64,000 nucleotides of DNA from Patescibacteria group bacterium (lineage in GTDB: Bacteria; Patescibacteriota; Patescibacteriia; SG8-24; DYFX01): contig JBAZZB010000001.1 of NCBI GenBank assembly GCA_041659045.1, positions 70,111-134,110 of the forward strand, given 5' to 3'. Below the pieces are notes generated by a model. The model did not search any database. It was given only the letters and a program-made list of their open reading frames with translations, and had not been told where the DNA came from. Made by a program: the position numbers and the translations under genes. Shown here piece by piece: positions 20,233 through 31,053 of this stretch (position 1 is its first letter; each line of letters opens with the position of its first letter).

Positions 20233-20817
20233 ATGTCTCTGTGGAGGGTGAAACATGCGTTATCTCCGTCTGTTGAAGCCACGCTGATTAGTGTTGTCGT
20301 GGCCTACGGTCTTTTTGTCGTTTGGTACGCGTCGCTTTCACCGCTTGTCGTTCCCGTCACCGCGATCCTGACCACTGTGCCGCAGGCCGTGACGCTCGAT
20401 ACGGATGATTGGATGCGTCGCGATGATCCGGTTCGCGGATTCGCGTTCGCGCTGCCGCCGCACTGGCTCGTTGATGATGCTGATCCTTCGCGCGTGCGAC
20501 TGGGTCGCTCTGCGAAAGAATTAGCCACGGCTTCCGCGGCGAATGAGGGGATCTTGATGGAAACGCTTTCGCTCGGCGAGCGCGAAGAAATCGCGAATCT
20601 CGTCGCCGAAGATTTTGCCGACGCGCGCCCTGCCCTATACGACGTCTACGTGGACGGACGTCACTCGATCTTCGCGATCACGTTCGAACACTACAGCGTT
20701 CGACGCCAAGCGATTTACATACCCATGGGTAAGGAGGCCCTCGTCGTTCGCGCTGCTTCAACCGATCCCGCCGTGTTTGCGACTCTCGTCTCTACCATTA
20801 AATTCTACAAGCCATGA
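20233..20817 (+). CDS. hypothetical membrane-anchored protein
   Basis: ORF with an N-terminal TM helix (ATLISVVVAYGLFVVWYASL); start uncertain (ATG 20176 or 20233); its stop overlaps the gap start (ATGA). Confidence 0.4.
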   Translation: MSLWRVKHALSPSVEATLISVVVAYGLFVVWYASLSPLVVPVTAILTTVPQAVTLDTDDWMRRDDPVRGFAFALPPHWLVDDADPSRVRLGRSAKELATASAANEGILMETLSLGEREEIANLVAEDFADARPALYDVYVDGRHSIFAITFEHYSVRRQAIYIPMGKEALVVRAASTDPAVFATLVSTIKFYKP

Positions 20818-21824
20818 TCCGCGTTGCCATTAACGGTTTCGGTCGCATCGGTCGCAACACCTTCAAAGCCGCTTTCGGACGTTTGAAAAATTTGGAATTC
20901 GTCGCGGTCAACGATCTGACCGACACAAAAACGCTCGCGCATCTTTTGAAGCACGACACCAACTACGGCGCGTACGAGAAGGAAGTGACGTACGACGAAA
21001 AAAATCTCTACATCGACGGAAAGAAGCTCATCGTCACCGCCGAAAAGGATCCGACGAAACTTCCGTGGAAGGATCTCAAAATCGATGTCGTCATCGAGTC
21101 GACCGGACGCTTCACGGATGAGAAGGGCGCGGGTCAACATCTCACCGCCGGCGCCAAGCGCGTCGTGCTTTCGGCGCCCGCCAAAGGCGGCGAAATTCCA
21201 ACGTACGTTCTCGGCGTGAACGGCCAGGACTACAAGGGAAAGTCGAACATCATCAACAACGCTTCGTGCACCACCAACTGCATCGCGCCCGTGGCGGCCG
21301 TCATGCATTCCAAGTTCGGCGTGAAGAAGGCACTCATGACCACGATTCACAGCTACACCGCCGACCAGGTGCTTCAGGACGGCCCGCACAAGGATCTCCG
21401 CCGCGCCCGCGCCGCCGCCTGCAACATGGTGCCGACCTCGACCGGTGCGGCTATTGCCGTCACCGAAACGATCCCCGAACTCAAAGGCCTCTTCGACGGC
21501 CTCTCGGTGCGCGTGCCGACCTCCGTCGTTTCGATGTCGGATTTCACGTTCGTGCTCGGTCGCAAAACAACGGTTGAAGAAGTGAACAAGGCGATCAAAG
21601 CCGCCTGCGCCACCAAGCGCTTCGAAGGCATCATGACGTGGACCGAAGAGGAGCTCGTTTCCTCCGACTTCATTAAAAACTCTTACTCCTCGATCGTTGA
21701 TCTCAATCTGACGCAGGTTGTGGGCGGTGACCTCGTGAAGGTCGTGGCTTGGTACGACAATGAGTGGGGATATTCCTGCCGCCTCGGCGAGATGGTTGAA
21801 CGCGTCGGCAACTCCATCAAGTAA
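20814..21824 (+). CDS. gap: glyceraldehyde-3-phosphate dehydrogenase
   Basis: MIRVAINGFGRIGRN; active-site SNASCTTNCIAP; WYDNEWGYS. Confidence 0.95.
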   Translation: MIRVAINGFGRIGRNTFKAAFGRLKNLEFVAVNDLTDTKTLAHLLKHDTNYGAYEKEVTYDEKNLYIDGKKLIVTAEKDPTKLPWKDLKIDVVIESTGRFTDEKGAGQHLTAGAKRVVLSAPAKGGEIPTYVLGVNGQDYKGKSNIINNASCTTNCIAPVAAVMHSKFGVKKALMTTIHSYTADQVLQDGPHKDLRRARAAACNMVPTSTGAAIAVTETIPELKGLFDGLSVRVPTSVVSMSDFTFVLGRKTTVEEVNKAIKAACATKRFEGIMTWTEEELVSSDFIKNSYSSIVDLNLTQVVGGDLVKVVAWYDNEWGYSCRLGEMVERVGNSIK

Positions 21825-22762
21825 TGTCCGGCAAGTACTCGCGCCCGGTCTACGTCCTCGATCTTCCGTGGCAGATCTTTGATCTTGCCATTCTTACGCT
21901 GTTGGTTTTTTTCTGGTCGGCGTTTTTGTACGGTTGGACGTTGGGCGGCGCGCTCGGTATCGCAATCGCGGCATCTGCTGCACTTGGTTTCACGACGATC
22001 GCCTACGGATCGTTTGTTGAGCCGAGACGCTTGCGCGTGCGCCGGATGAACGTGGGGGTGGGGGAGCGCGCAGTCACCGTCGCGTTTCTTTCCGATATCC
22101 ACGTCGGTCCGTACAAAAAAACGTCCTGGGTGCGTCATCTCGTGCGCCGCACGCAGGCGCTCAATCCGGACGTCATTCTTCTGGGCGGCGACTTTCTTTA
22201 CAAGAAAGCGGACGCTCTGCCGTATCTTGAGCCGCTAAAAGAGCTGCGCGCCCCGCTCGGCGTCTACGCGATTCTCGGCAACCACGACGAATGGAAGGCG
22301 CGAAAAGAATCCATCGCCTGGTTTGAACGATCGGCGATTCCGCTTTTGCATAATCGTTCCGTACGCGTCCAAAAGAACGGCGCTTCGATCGTGATTGCTG
22401 GCGCCGAGGATGATTGGTACGGCGAGACGGATCTTGCAGTGGCTCTTCACGACGCTGGCTCGTCGGAACTTTCTCTCGTCATGCTTCACAACCCCGATCT
22501 GGCGACTCCGGCCGCAAAACTCCTTCAGAAAGGTCCCGGGAAGATCGTGTTTTTCTCAGGACACACGCACGGTGGACAAATTCGTTTGCCGTTCATCGGT
22601 TCGATCATGCGGCTCCCGCACTATTTAGGGAGGTATTTCGATCGCGGTCTCTTTTCGTTCGAGGGTGTACCGCTCGTGCTTGGCGCCGGACTCGGCGAAT
22701 CAGGTCCGCGTGCGCGCCTCTTCTGCCCACCGGAGATTGTGCTCGTCGAAGTTCGCTTCTAA
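21824..22762 (+). CDS. membrane-anchored metallophosphoesterase (calcineurin-like)
   Basis: N-terminal TM helices, then AFLSDIHVGP (DxH), ILLGGDFLY (GD), ILGNHDEW (GNHD/E), FFSGHTHGGQ (GHxH). Confidence 0.75.
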   Translation: MSGKYSRPVYVLDLPWQIFDLAILTLLVFFWSAFLYGWTLGGALGIAIAASAALGFTTIAYGSFVEPRRLRVRRMNVGVGERAVTVAFLSDIHVGPYKKTSWVRHLVRRTQALNPDVILLGGDFLYKKADALPYLEPLKELRAPLGVYAILGNHDEWKARKESIAWFERSAIPLLHNRSVRVQKNGASIVIAGAEDDWYGETDLAVALHDAGSSELSLVMLHNPDLATPAAKLLQKGPGKIVFFSGHTHGGQIRLPFIGSIMRLPHYLGRYFDRGLFSFEGVPLVLGAGLGESGPRARLFCPPEIVLVEVRF

Positions 22763-22801
22763 ACAGGATTCACTTACGTTTTCGTGGTATACTTCCCTTA
22801 T

Positions 22802-24118
22802 ATGGCAACGCCTCAACGCTGCGAACGTATCGTGATTCTTGGTGCCGGTTTCGGCGGTTTGACGACCGCTGTGCAACTTGCGAAACGCATGGGGAAACGA
22901 CAGGGTTGCGAGATCGTCGTCGTTGATAAATGCACGCACCATCTGTATCGCCCCTGGCTCTACGAAGTCGCGACCGGTAACGCTCCCGAAGATCGTCTGA
23001 AGTCCGGTGTCGCGACACCGTATGAAGATCTTCGCACGCATCTTTCCGGTCTCGGTGTGAAGGTGGAGTATCAGGAAGTCATTGGTGTTGATTGGGAATC
23101 AAAAACGGTACGTCTCTGTGACGACCGTGGTTTACCGTTCGATCATCTTGTCGTGGCGCTCGGTGCTTCGCCGGATTTTTACGGCATCGAAGGGCTCGAG
23201 CAGCATGGCGTGCCGATGTACAGCTTGCAGAACGCGCTTGTCGTGCAGCGCAAGCTCAAGCATCTCGTCGAACAGAAACGCCGCAACGAAATTCCATTCA
23301 TCCGTATTCTCGTCGGTGGTGCCGGTCCGACGGGTGTCGAGTTCGCATGCGAGGCGGCAAACTTCTTGAAGACGCAGGTCAAAAAGAAGATGCTTGGCGC
23401 GGGCGAATACTCGATTGAACTCGTCGAAGCTTCGCCACGGCCGCTCCAGTCGCTTCATCCGCAGCTCTCAACCTGGGCGAAAGAGCGTCTTGAGAAGCTG
23501 GGCGTGAAACTGATTCTCGATGCCTGCATCAAAGGTGCGCACAAAGACCATGTCATCCTCGCGCCGCGGCCGCTCAAGCCTGGCGAAACGATGGAGGCCT
23601 TGATCTGTGATTTCAAAAACGAAGGCGTGAAGGAAGTGACGACGGACCTCCTTGTGTGGTGCGGCGGTTTTCGCGCCAATCCCATCGTGAAAAGCCTTGG
23701 CTTGACGATGGATGTGCGCGGGAAAGTTGAGGTGGACGACACCATGCAGGTGAAGAACATGTCGAACGCCTGGGCTGTCGGCGACTGCATCACGTTGTTT
23801 GACCCAACAGCAAAGCGTCCTGTGCCGCAACTGGCACAAGGAGCGATTCATCAGGCGCACCTCGCGGCTGAAAACATCATGCGCGCGATCGAGAAAAAAC
23901 CGTTGGCGCATTATCAGTATCCCGTCATGCATGCCATCGTGCCGATGGGTGGGTCCTGGGGCGTTGCCGAAGTGTACGGCCATCGTTTTAAGGGTGTGCT
24001 CGTGTGGCCGATTCGGTTGGCGGCCGATATCCGCTATTTCTTGTCGACCTTGCCGCTCAAGAGCGCTTGGAAACTGATCCGCGCGCCGCTTACGGTTTTC
24101 CGACGCAACAATCTATGA
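22802..24118 (+). CDS. NAD(P)/FAD-dependent oxidoreductase, type II NADH dehydrogenase (NDH-2) family
   Basis: Two Rossmann dinucleotide motifs (RIVILGAGFGG, ILVGGAGPTGVEFA). Confidence 0.7.
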   Translation: MATPQRCERIVILGAGFGGLTTAVQLAKRMGKRQGCEIVVVDKCTHHLYRPWLYEVATGNAPEDRLKSGVATPYEDLRTHLSGLGVKVEYQEVIGVDWESKTVRLCDDRGLPFDHLVVALGASPDFYGIEGLEQHGVPMYSLQNALVVQRKLKHLVEQKRRNEIPFIRILVGGAGPTGVEFACEAANFLKTQVKKKMLGAGEYSIELVEASPRPLQSLHPQLSTWAKERLEKLGVKLILDACIKGAHKDHVILAPRPLKPGETMEALICDFKNEGVKEVTTDLLVWCGGFRANPIVKSLGLTMDVRGKVEVDDTMQVKNMSNAWAVGDCITLFDPTAKRPVPQLAQGAIHQAHLAAENIMRAIEKKPLAHYQYPVMHAIVPMGGSWGVAEVYGHRFKGVLVWPIRLAADIRYFLSTLPLKSAWKLIRAPLTVFRRNNL

Positions 24119-25323
24119 AGCTTCGCACGCTCGACGATCACAAGACGCTTAAAGGAAAGCGCGTGCTCCTGCGCGCGGATTTCAATGTGCCGGTGACGCG
24201 CGGCAAAGTAAGTGCCGACGAGGATTGGCGCATTCGTAAGGTTGTGCCGACGATTGAGCGTTTGCGGAAAGCGGGCGCGCGCGTTGTCATTGCGACGCAC
24301 CTCGGGCGACCGGACGGAAAAAAAGTCGTCGCCTTCAAGACCGACCCGATCGCCAAGCGTCTTTCCGAACTGCTGCACGCCCCCGTCGAAAAACTTGCTG
24401 ATTGCGTCGGTGAGGAAGCAGAGGCCGCGACGAAAGCCATGGAAAACGGGCAGGTCATCATGCTTGAGAATTTGCGTTTTAAAAAGGGTGAAGAAGCGAA
24501 TGATCCAGGTTTTGCCGAAGCGCTTTCGCGTCTCGGTGATATTTTCGTAAATGAGGCGTTCGGAACGTGTCATCGCGCCGCCGCTTCGATTGTCGGCGTG
24601 ACGCGGCATCTTCCTTCCTATGCGGGACCGCTTTTGGTGTCGGAAGTCGACGCGCTCAGTCGCGTGATGGAGTCGCCGGAAGCGCCGTATGTGGTCGTGA
24701 TGGGCGGCGCCAAGGTCTCCGACAAGATCGGTATCATTTCCCAGATGCTCTCTGCCGCCGATCGCGTGCTTTTGGGAGGTGCTCTGATCGCGCCGTTCTT
24801 CAAGGCACAGAGCCATTGCATCGGCACAACACCGTGCAGCGACGCCGATCTCGAGGCGGCGCTCGAATTGATGAAGCATCCGTACTACAAAAAATTGATT
24901 CTTCCGCACGACGTTGTTATCGCTGATCCGAAAGATCCGCGCAGTGCACAAGTCGTCGATTTGCAGGAGGAGCCGTTCAACCTCTGCCGCGATCACGAGG
25001 CGATTCTCGACATCGGTCCGAAAACGATCTCGGCCTACGCCGGATACATCCGCACCGCCAAGACGATTGTGTGGAATGGGCCGCTCGGGTTGTTCGAAGT
25101 GCCGAAGTTCAGCCATGGTACGCTCGCGATCGGTCGTCTTATTGCCGCGCGCTCGAAAGGAAAAACCTTCGGCGTCGCCGGCGGCGGCGAAACGGCCGTA
25201 GCGCTTGCGCGAACCGGTTTGGCGGACTGTATCGATCATTTGTCGACGGGCGGGGGAGCCATGCTCGAATTTTTGGAGGGTGCGATGTTACCCGGCCTCC
25301 AACCTTTGCGTATAGACGAATAG
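24115..25323 (+). CDS. pgk: phosphoglycerate kinase
   Basis: KRVLLRADFNVP, VVIATHLGRPDG, GGGA...; overlaps the NDH-2 stop by 4 nt. Confidence 0.95.
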   Translation: MKLRTLDDHKTLKGKRVLLRADFNVPVTRGKVSADEDWRIRKVVPTIERLRKAGARVVIATHLGRPDGKKVVAFKTDPIAKRLSELLHAPVEKLADCVGEEAEAATKAMENGQVIMLENLRFKKGEEANDPGFAEALSRLGDIFVNEAFGTCHRAAASIVGVTRHLPSYAGPLLVSEVDALSRVMESPEAPYVVVMGGAKVSDKIGIISQMLSAADRVLLGGALIAPFFKAQSHCIGTTPCSDADLEAALELMKHPYYKKLILPHDVVIADPKDPRSAQVVDLQEEPFNLCRDHEAILDIGPKTISAYAGYIRTAKTIVWNGPLGLFEVPKFSHGTLAIGRLIAARSKGKTFGVAGGGETAVALARTGLADCIDHLSTGGGAMLEFLEGAMLPGLQPLRIDE

Positions 25324-25359
25324 AACCCTTATTCCTTATTTACGCGTATGGAAGGAAAC

Positions 25360-26103
25360 ATGCCTGGAAAGAGTGCGCTTTGGAACCTGTTGCTTGCAGC
25401 AGGCGTCGTCTATCTTGCCGTCACGGCGGCGAACGCGTTTAAACAGAATAGCTACATCGGGCGACCCGACGCCGCGCGCGATACGATCGCGATTTCAGCG
25501 GAAGGCAAGGTAACAGCGTTGCCGGACATCGCCACGATCTCGGTCGGTGTGCAGACGGAAAACAAAGCCGTCTCCGCCGCGCAGAAAGAGAACTCGACGA
25601 AGATGAACGCGATCATTGAGAAGGTGAAAAGCTTCAGCGTCGCCGCGGAGGATATCAAAACCAGCAACTACTCGATCTATCCGCAGTACGATTACGTGAA
25701 CGGCCGCCAGGTCGAACGCGGCTACATGGTCACGCAGAACATTGACGTCAAAGTTCGCAATCTCGACAAGATCGGCGAAATTCTCGCGGCTGTCGGCGAC
25801 CTCGGCGCGAACCAGGTTGGCGGCGTTGCCTTCACGATTGATGAACCGGAAGATCTTCGCCAGCAAGCGCGTCTCAAGGCGCTCGAAGCCGCTAAGAAAA
25901 AAGCCCAGGCTTTGGCGGACGCCTCCGGCGTGAAACTCGGCAAAGTGGTTGGCTTCAGCGAGAACGAAGGGTACGTGCCGTCTCCGATGTACTACGCCAA
26001 GGAAGCGGCGCTTGGTATGGGTGGCAGCGCAGCACCTTCGATCTCATCCGGTTCGCAAGACGTCATCGTCAACGTGACGGTGTTGTACGAAATTCTTCCG
26101 TAA
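25360..26103 (+). CDS. SIMPL (DUF541) domain protein
   Basis: N-terminal TM anchor, then ISAEGKVTALPDIATISVGV...SNYSIYPQYDY...GYMVTQNIDVKVR pattern typical of SIMPL/DUF541. Start may be 25348. Confidence 0.65.
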   Translation: MPGKSALWNLLLAAGVVYLAVTAANAFKQNSYIGRPDAARDTIAISAEGKVTALPDIATISVGVQTENKAVSAAQKENSTKMNAIIEKVKSFSVAAEDIKTSNYSIYPQYDYVNGRQVERGYMVTQNIDVKVRNLDKIGEILAAVGDLGANQVGGVAFTIDEPEDLRQQARLKALEAAKKKAQALADASGVKLGKVVGFSENEGYVPSPMYYAKEAALGMGGSAAPSISSGSQDVIVNVTVLYEILP

Positions 26104-26179
26104 CTCTCTCGGTTGCGGACAGGAGCTGCCACCTCGGTGGCGGCTCTCGCTCCGAAACTGAACATCAACTGAAACTGCT

Positions 26180-27442
26180 ATGCCCACCATTCGCGACATC
26201 AAAGGCCGGGAAATTCTCGACTCTCGCGGTAATCCGACCGTCGAAGTGAAAATGACGCTCTCTGACGGCACGATCGCCAAAGCCTCGGTGCCTTCTGGCG
26301 CCTCGACAGGTTCGCACGAAGCACATGAGATGCGTGATGGCGACAAGCGTCGCTTCGGCGGACTCGGTGTTTTGAAGGCGATCAAGAATGTTGACGGGCC
26401 GATTGCGGACGCTTTGCGTGGTATGGAAGTGCAGGAGCAGAAGAAGCTCGACGCACGCATGCGCGACTTGGACGGCACGCCGAACAAATCAAAACTTGGC
26501 GCCAACGCCATTCTTGGTGTTTCTTTGGCCGCCGCGCGCGCAGGAGCGACCTCGCTTCAGCTCCCGCTCTATCGCTACTTGCGCGACATCTACGATTTGC
26601 CGCGCGAAGACGGCTACAAATTGCCGCTGCCGATGATGAACGTGTTGAACGGTGGCGCGCACGCCAACTGGAGCATCGATTTCCAGGAATGCATCATCAT
26701 TCCGAAACAGAAAAAATTCCGCGACCGCGTTCGATGCGGCGCTGAAATTTTCCACGCCCTTCTCGCGATTCTCAAGGATAAGAAGATGCCGACGGGCGTC
26801 GGTGATGAAGGCGGTTTTGCGCCGAAACTCAAGAAGAACGCGCAAGCCTTCGAACTGATCGCGCTGGCCGTACGCAAGGCGGGTTACAAGCTCGGTCCTG
26901 ATGTCGCCTTTGGCATGGACCCGGCTACTTCCGAATTCTACGACGCGAAAAAGAAAAAATACGTCCTCGCGACCGACGGCCGGAAACTGGATTCCGATGG
27001 CATGGTTAAAATGTGGGCCACCTACGTGAAGCGCTGGCCGTTCCTTTCGATCGAAGACGGCATGGCCGAGGATGACTGGGATGGTTGGAAGCAATTGACC
27101 GACGCGCTCGGCAAGAAGATATCGCTCGTCGGAGACGATTTCTTCGTGACCAACGTTGACCGTCTGCGCATGGGTATTGAACGCGGCGCGGCCAACGCGA
27201 TTCTGATCAAGGTCAACCAAATCGGCACGCTTTCGGAAACGATCGACGCGATTCGTTTGGCGCAGCGCAGCGGCTACAAGGTCGCGATCTCGCACCGTTC
27301 CGGCGAAACCGCCGACACGATGATTGCCGACTTGGCGGTCGCGGTGAACGCAGAGTTCATCAAGACAGGTTCGCTCTCACGCAGCGAGCGTCTTGAAAAG
27401 TATAATCGCTTGATGGAAATCGAGGATGAAGTCGGCGGCTAA
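26180..27442 (+). CDS. eno: enolase
   Basis: [61 protein letters not shown]. Confidence 0.95.
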   Translation: MPTIRDIKGREILDSRGNPTVEVKMTLSDGTIAKASVPSGASTGSHEAHEMRDGDKRRFGGLGVLKAIKNVDGPIADALRGMEVQEQKKLDARMRDLDGTPNKSKLGANAILGVSLAAARAGATSLQLPLYRYLRDIYDLPREDGYKLPLPMMNVLNGGAHANWSIDFQECIIIPKQKKFRDRVRCGAEIFHALLAILKDKKMPTGVGDEGGFAPKLKKNAQAFELIALAVRKAGYKLGPDVAFGMDPATSEFYDAKKKKYVLATDGRKLDSDGMVKMWATYVKRWPFLSIEDGMAEDDWDGWKQLTDALGKKISLVGDDFFVTNVDRLRMGIERGAANAILIKVNQIGTLSETIDAIRLAQRSGYKVAISHRSGETADTMIADLAVAVNAEFIKTGSLSRSERLEKYNRLMEIEDEVGG

Positions 27443-29000
27443 AGAGACAATCCGACCGGTTGTCCTGGCGATCTGCGACGGCTTCGGTTCGGCTCCGGCT
27501 GGGCTGCAAGGCAACGCCGTCTTGATGGCGAGGATGCCGCACTTTTCGGAGCTGTGGGGGAAATACCCGCACACCGATTTGTTTTCGCATGGCCAACACG
27601 TCGGCTTGCCCAAGCATCAGTCCGGCAACTCCGAGGCCGGGCACATGAATATCGGCGCTGGACGCATCATCAAGCAAGACGCTGTCTACATCACCGAAGC
27701 CATCGAAGACGGTATCTTCTTCAAGAACACGGCGTTTCTCGAAGCGCTCAAGCATGTCAAAAAATATCGGACGCGCGTGCATCTCATGGGGCTCATTTCG
27801 GGCGGCAATTCGGCGCACGCCTCGATGGATCATCTCTACGGACTTTTGGAACTCTGCCGCCGCGAAAAAATTGAAGACGTGGCGCTGCATCTGTTCACCG
27901 ACGGACGCGACAGTCCTCGGTTTTCGGCGACCACGCAAATTCACGACATTGAAGCGCGACTTCGTCCCGGCGAAAGAATCGCTTCGATCATGGGGCGATT
28001 TTATCCGATGGATCGCAACCGCAACTGGGAGCGCATTGGTTTGGCGTATCACGCGATCGTGAATGGGGAAGGTCTTGCGGCGGCCAGCGCCGAAGAAGCG
28101 CTTCTGGGCGCGTACAACCGCGGCGAAACCGATGAGTTTCTTTTGCCGACCGTCATCGTCGACAAAGAGCATGTGCCGCACGGCACGGTGCGCGACAACG
28201 ACGCAATTTTCTTCTTCAACTTGCGTTCCGATCGCGCGCGCCAACTCGCCAAGGCTTTTTTGCTTGATGATTTTGAAAAAAGCGTACCGGATGCCTTTAC
28301 GCGCCGCCGCGTGCCGAAAAATACGCGTTTTGTCGCCATGACGGACTTCGGCCCCGATCTGCCGTATATTCTGACCGCCTATCCCAGCCGCGAACTCAAG
28401 AAAACGTTACCGGACGTGCTCAAGGATTTGAAACAATTTTACGTTGCCGAGTCCGAAAAATTTTCGCACATCACGTTTTTCTTCAACGGCGGCTACCCCG
28501 ACCATCATTTTGGCGAGGAACGCCTGAGAATTGAATCGCTGCGCATCCCGCGCTACGACATGCGTCCCGAGATGAAAGCGCTCGAAGTCACGACCGAGGC
28601 GCTCAAGCGCATTCGTTCCGGGAAGTATCACTTCGTCGCCATTAATTTTGCCAATGCCGACATGGTTGGCCATACCGGCAACCTTGAGGCTGCCGTGAAC
28701 GCGCTCGAAGTGCTCGACGATTGTATCGGACGCTTGTGGAAGGAAATTGATGCCAAAGACGGAACGTTTGTTGTGACTTCGGATCACGGCAACGTTGAAT
28801 CGATGATCGATGTCACGACGGGTGCGGTGGATACCGAGCATTCGACGAACCCCGTACCGTTCGTTGTCGCCAATAAAAACCTCAAGGGCGGAAGGGAGTT
28901 GCCGCGTGGAGTTTTGGCTGACGTCGCCCCTACGATCCTGGATATCATGGGAATTCGCCCTCCCGACGAGATGAGCGGACGCTCTTTGCTGGCCGATTGA
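27426..29000 (+). CDS. gpmI: 2,3-bisphosphoglycerate-independent phosphoglycerate mutase, paralog 1
   Basis: Catalytic Ser motif [32 protein letters not shown]-terminal TSDHGNVE. Overlaps the eno 3' end by 17 nt. Confidence 0.85.
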   Translation: MKSAAKETIRPVVLAICDGFGSAPAGLQGNAVLMARMPHFSELWGKYPHTDLFSHGQHVGLPKHQSGNSEAGHMNIGAGRIIKQDAVYITEAIEDGIFFKNTAFLEALKHVKKYRTRVHLMGLISGGNSAHASMDHLYGLLELCRREKIEDVALHLFTDGRDSPRFSATTQIHDIEARLRPGERIASIMGRFYPMDRNRNWERIGLAYHAIVNGEGLAAASAEEALLGAYNRGETDEFLLPTVIVDKEHVPHGTVRDNDAIFFFNLRSDRARQLAKAFLLDDFEKSVPDAFTRRRVPKNTRFVAMTDFGPDLPYILTAYPSRELKKTLPDVLKDLKQFYVAESEKFSHITFFFNGGYPDHHFGEERLRIESLRIPRYDMRPEMKALEVTTEALKRIRSGKYHFVAINFANADMVGHTGNLEAAVNALEVLDDCIGRLWKEIDAKDGTFVVTSDHGNVESMIDVTTGAVDTEHSTNPVPFVVANKNLKGGRELPRGVLADVAPTILDIMGIRPPDEMSGRSLLAD

Positions 29001-29022
29001 AAAAGAGTAGACTTGCCTGACT

Positions 29023-30600
29023 ATGCCTACACCGAAACCCGTCGTCTTGCTGATTCTTGATGGTTGGGGCGTTGCGCCGCCCGACCAAGGCAACGCGCTG
29101 GCACTCGCCAAGACGCCGAACATGCGCGCTTTGGCTTCGAAATATCCGGCCATGACGCTCCAGTCTTCCGGCGAAGAAGTGGGCCTCATGTGGGGCGAGA
29201 TGGGCAACTCGGAAGTCGGCCATCTTACGATCGGCGCGGGCAAGGTGTATTACCAAAGCTTGCCGCGCATCAATCGCGCGGTTCAGGGAGGGGAGTTCTC
29301 GACGAACCCCGGATTTTTGAAAGCGATCGAGCACGTGAAAAAGAATGGCACAAAGTTGCACTTGCTCGGCTTAGCCTCGATTGGCAACGTCCACGCCTCG
29401 CTTGAGCATTTGCTTGCGCTTCTTGATTTTGCCAAGTCGCAAGAGATAAAAGAAACCTACGTGCACGCTGTGCTCGACGGTCGTGACACGACCTTCAACG
29501 CCGGTATCGACTTCATCACGACCGTCGAAGCGCGTATGAAGAAAAACGGCGTCGGTAAAATCGCCACGCTTTCCGGACGCTACTACGCCATGGACCGCGA
29601 CAATCGCTGGGATCGCGTTGAGAAAGCGTATCGCGCCATGGTTGATGGCGTGTCCGACGCTAAGAACGACGACCCGCTCGCCGCCATTCGCGCTTCATAC
29701 GAAGCGAAAGTTTACGACGAGGAATTTGTTCCGACGGTCATCACGAAAAACGGAGAACCGGTCGCCAAAATCGAAGCGGGCGACGCGGTCATTGTTTTCA
29801 ACTATCGCCCCGATCGCTCGCGCGAAATCACGAAAGCTCTGGTACTGCCGGAGTTCGACAAGTTTGCCCGCCCGCAAATTGCCGATCTCGTGGTTGTCAC
29901 GATGACGGAATACGAAAAAGGACTCCCGGCCGAAGTTGCCTTTCCTCCAGAGCCGATTTCAACGTGCTTGGCGAAAGTCATTTCCGACGCCGGCATGAAG
30001 CAGCTGCACATCGCCGAAACGGAAAAATACGCGCACGTGACGTTCTTTTTGAACGGCATGAAGGAAGATCCGTTCGGCGGCGAAGACCGTGTCATCGTGC
30101 CGTCACCCCAGGTTTCTTCCTACGATCAGAAGCCGGAAATGTCGGCGCCGCAAATTACGGAACGAATCGTGAAAGAGATCGGCGCCGATAAGTACGACCT
30201 CATCGCCGCGAACTTCGCCAACGCCGACATGGTCGGCCACACCGGCAGCCTCGAAGCGACCATCAAGGCCGCTGAATTCGTCGACGTCGCCATCGGAAAA
30301 ATCGCCGCAGCAACGCTCGAAAAAGGCGGTGTCGTCCTTATCACCGCCGACCACGGCAACGCTGAAGAAGTCGTCAATTTGCAAACCGGTTCGATCGACA
30401 AAGAACACTCCACCTACCCCGTACACTTCCTGATCATCGGCCAGCAGTTCGAAGGCATGGCCGGCGAAGCCCAAGAAATGGTCGGCGGTGACCTGAGCCT
30501 CAGCCCGCCGGTGGGAATGCTCTCTGATGTCACCCCAACGATCCTGCGCATCATGGGCATCCCGCAGCCGTCAGACATGACGGGGAGGCCGTTGATTTAA
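29023..30600 (+). CDS. gpmI: 2,3-bisphosphoglycerate-independent phosphoglycerate mutase, paralog 2
   Basis: LILDGWGVAP, EMGNSEVGHLTIGAGK, HLLGLASIGNVHAS, TADHGNAE; about 40% identity to paralog 1 by eye. Confidence 0.85.
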   Translation: MPTPKPVVLLILDGWGVAPPDQGNALALAKTPNMRALASKYPAMTLQSSGEEVGLMWGEMGNSEVGHLTIGAGKVYYQSLPRINRAVQGGEFSTNPGFLKAIEHVKKNGTKLHLLGLASIGNVHASLEHLLALLDFAKSQEIKETYVHAVLDGRDTTFNAGIDFITTVEARMKKNGVGKIATLSGRYYAMDRDNRWDRVEKAYRAMVDGVSDAKNDDPLAAIRASYEAKVYDEEFVPTVITKNGEPVAKIEAGDAVIVFNYRPDRSREITKALVLPEFDKFARPQIADLVVVTMTEYEKGLPAEVAFPPEPISTCLAKVISDAGMKQLHIAETEKYAHVTFFLNGMKEDPFGGEDRVIVPSPQVSSYDQKPEMSAPQITERIVKEIGADKYDLIAANFANADMVGHTGSLEATIKAAEFVDVAIGKIAAATLEKGGVVLITADHGNAEEVVNLQTGSIDKEHSTYPVHFLIIGQQFEGMAGEAQEMVGGDLSLSPPVGMLSDVTPTILRIMGIPQPSDMTGRPLI

Positions 30601-30644
30601 AGTCCGCGCGGAGGTGTGTTGAGCGTATGTCATGAAACTATGAC

Positions 30645-30681
30645 GACCAAAACTCCCCGAAAGGGGAGTTTTGTTCTATAC
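30645..30681 (+). repeat. 37-nt repeat copy 1 containing a palindromic terminator hairpin (after gpmI paralog 2)
   Basis: gaccaaaactccccgaaaggggagttttgttctatac: perfect 11-bp stem caaaactcccc/ggggagttttg with GAAA loop, followed by a T-rich tail. Confidence 0.7.
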
Positions 30682-30708
30682 TGAAACTATCATTCACTGA
30701 ATCTGGTT

Positions 30709-31035
30709 ATGAGCAATGCAAAAAAAGTTTTGGGTAAAGGTGTCGCGATCGCCACGTTGATCGGCGCGGCGGTGGCGCTTGCACACGCGGTGAAGAAGAA
30801 TAAGAAGGCGAAGATGCTGAAGACCGCCGCGGAAGACGCGAAGGAGCATGTTTTTGCGCACGCCAAGAAGCTCGGAGGCGTCTCCAAGACTTCATATAGC
30901 AAGATCGTTGACTCCGTCTTGGCCGAGTACGCCAACATGAAAACCTTTTCGAAAAAAGAGGTTGCCGAGATGGCGCATGAATTGAAGGATGGCTGGCAGG
31001 AAGTCGGCAAGATGCTGAAGGGCAAGAAGCGCTAG
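30709..31035 (+). CDS. small Lys-rich hypothetical protein (108 aa)
   Basis: ORF flanked by the two repeat/terminator copies; N-terminal hydrophobic segment, then a K/A-rich helical sequence. Confidence 0.4.
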   Translation: MSNAKKVLGKGVAIATLIGAAVALAHAVKKNKKAKMLKTAAEDAKEHVFAHAKKLGGVSKTSYSKIVDSVLAEYANMKTFSKKEVAEMAHELKDGWQEVGKMLKGKKR

Positions 31036-31053
31036 ACCGCCAAGGTATTTTCA

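Noticed and set aside
26104-26179. Hairpin gagctgccacc/ggtggcggctc between the SIMPL gene and eno
   Set aside because: Imperfect stem with no U-tail on either side. It could be a processing or attenuation site but the evidence is weak.
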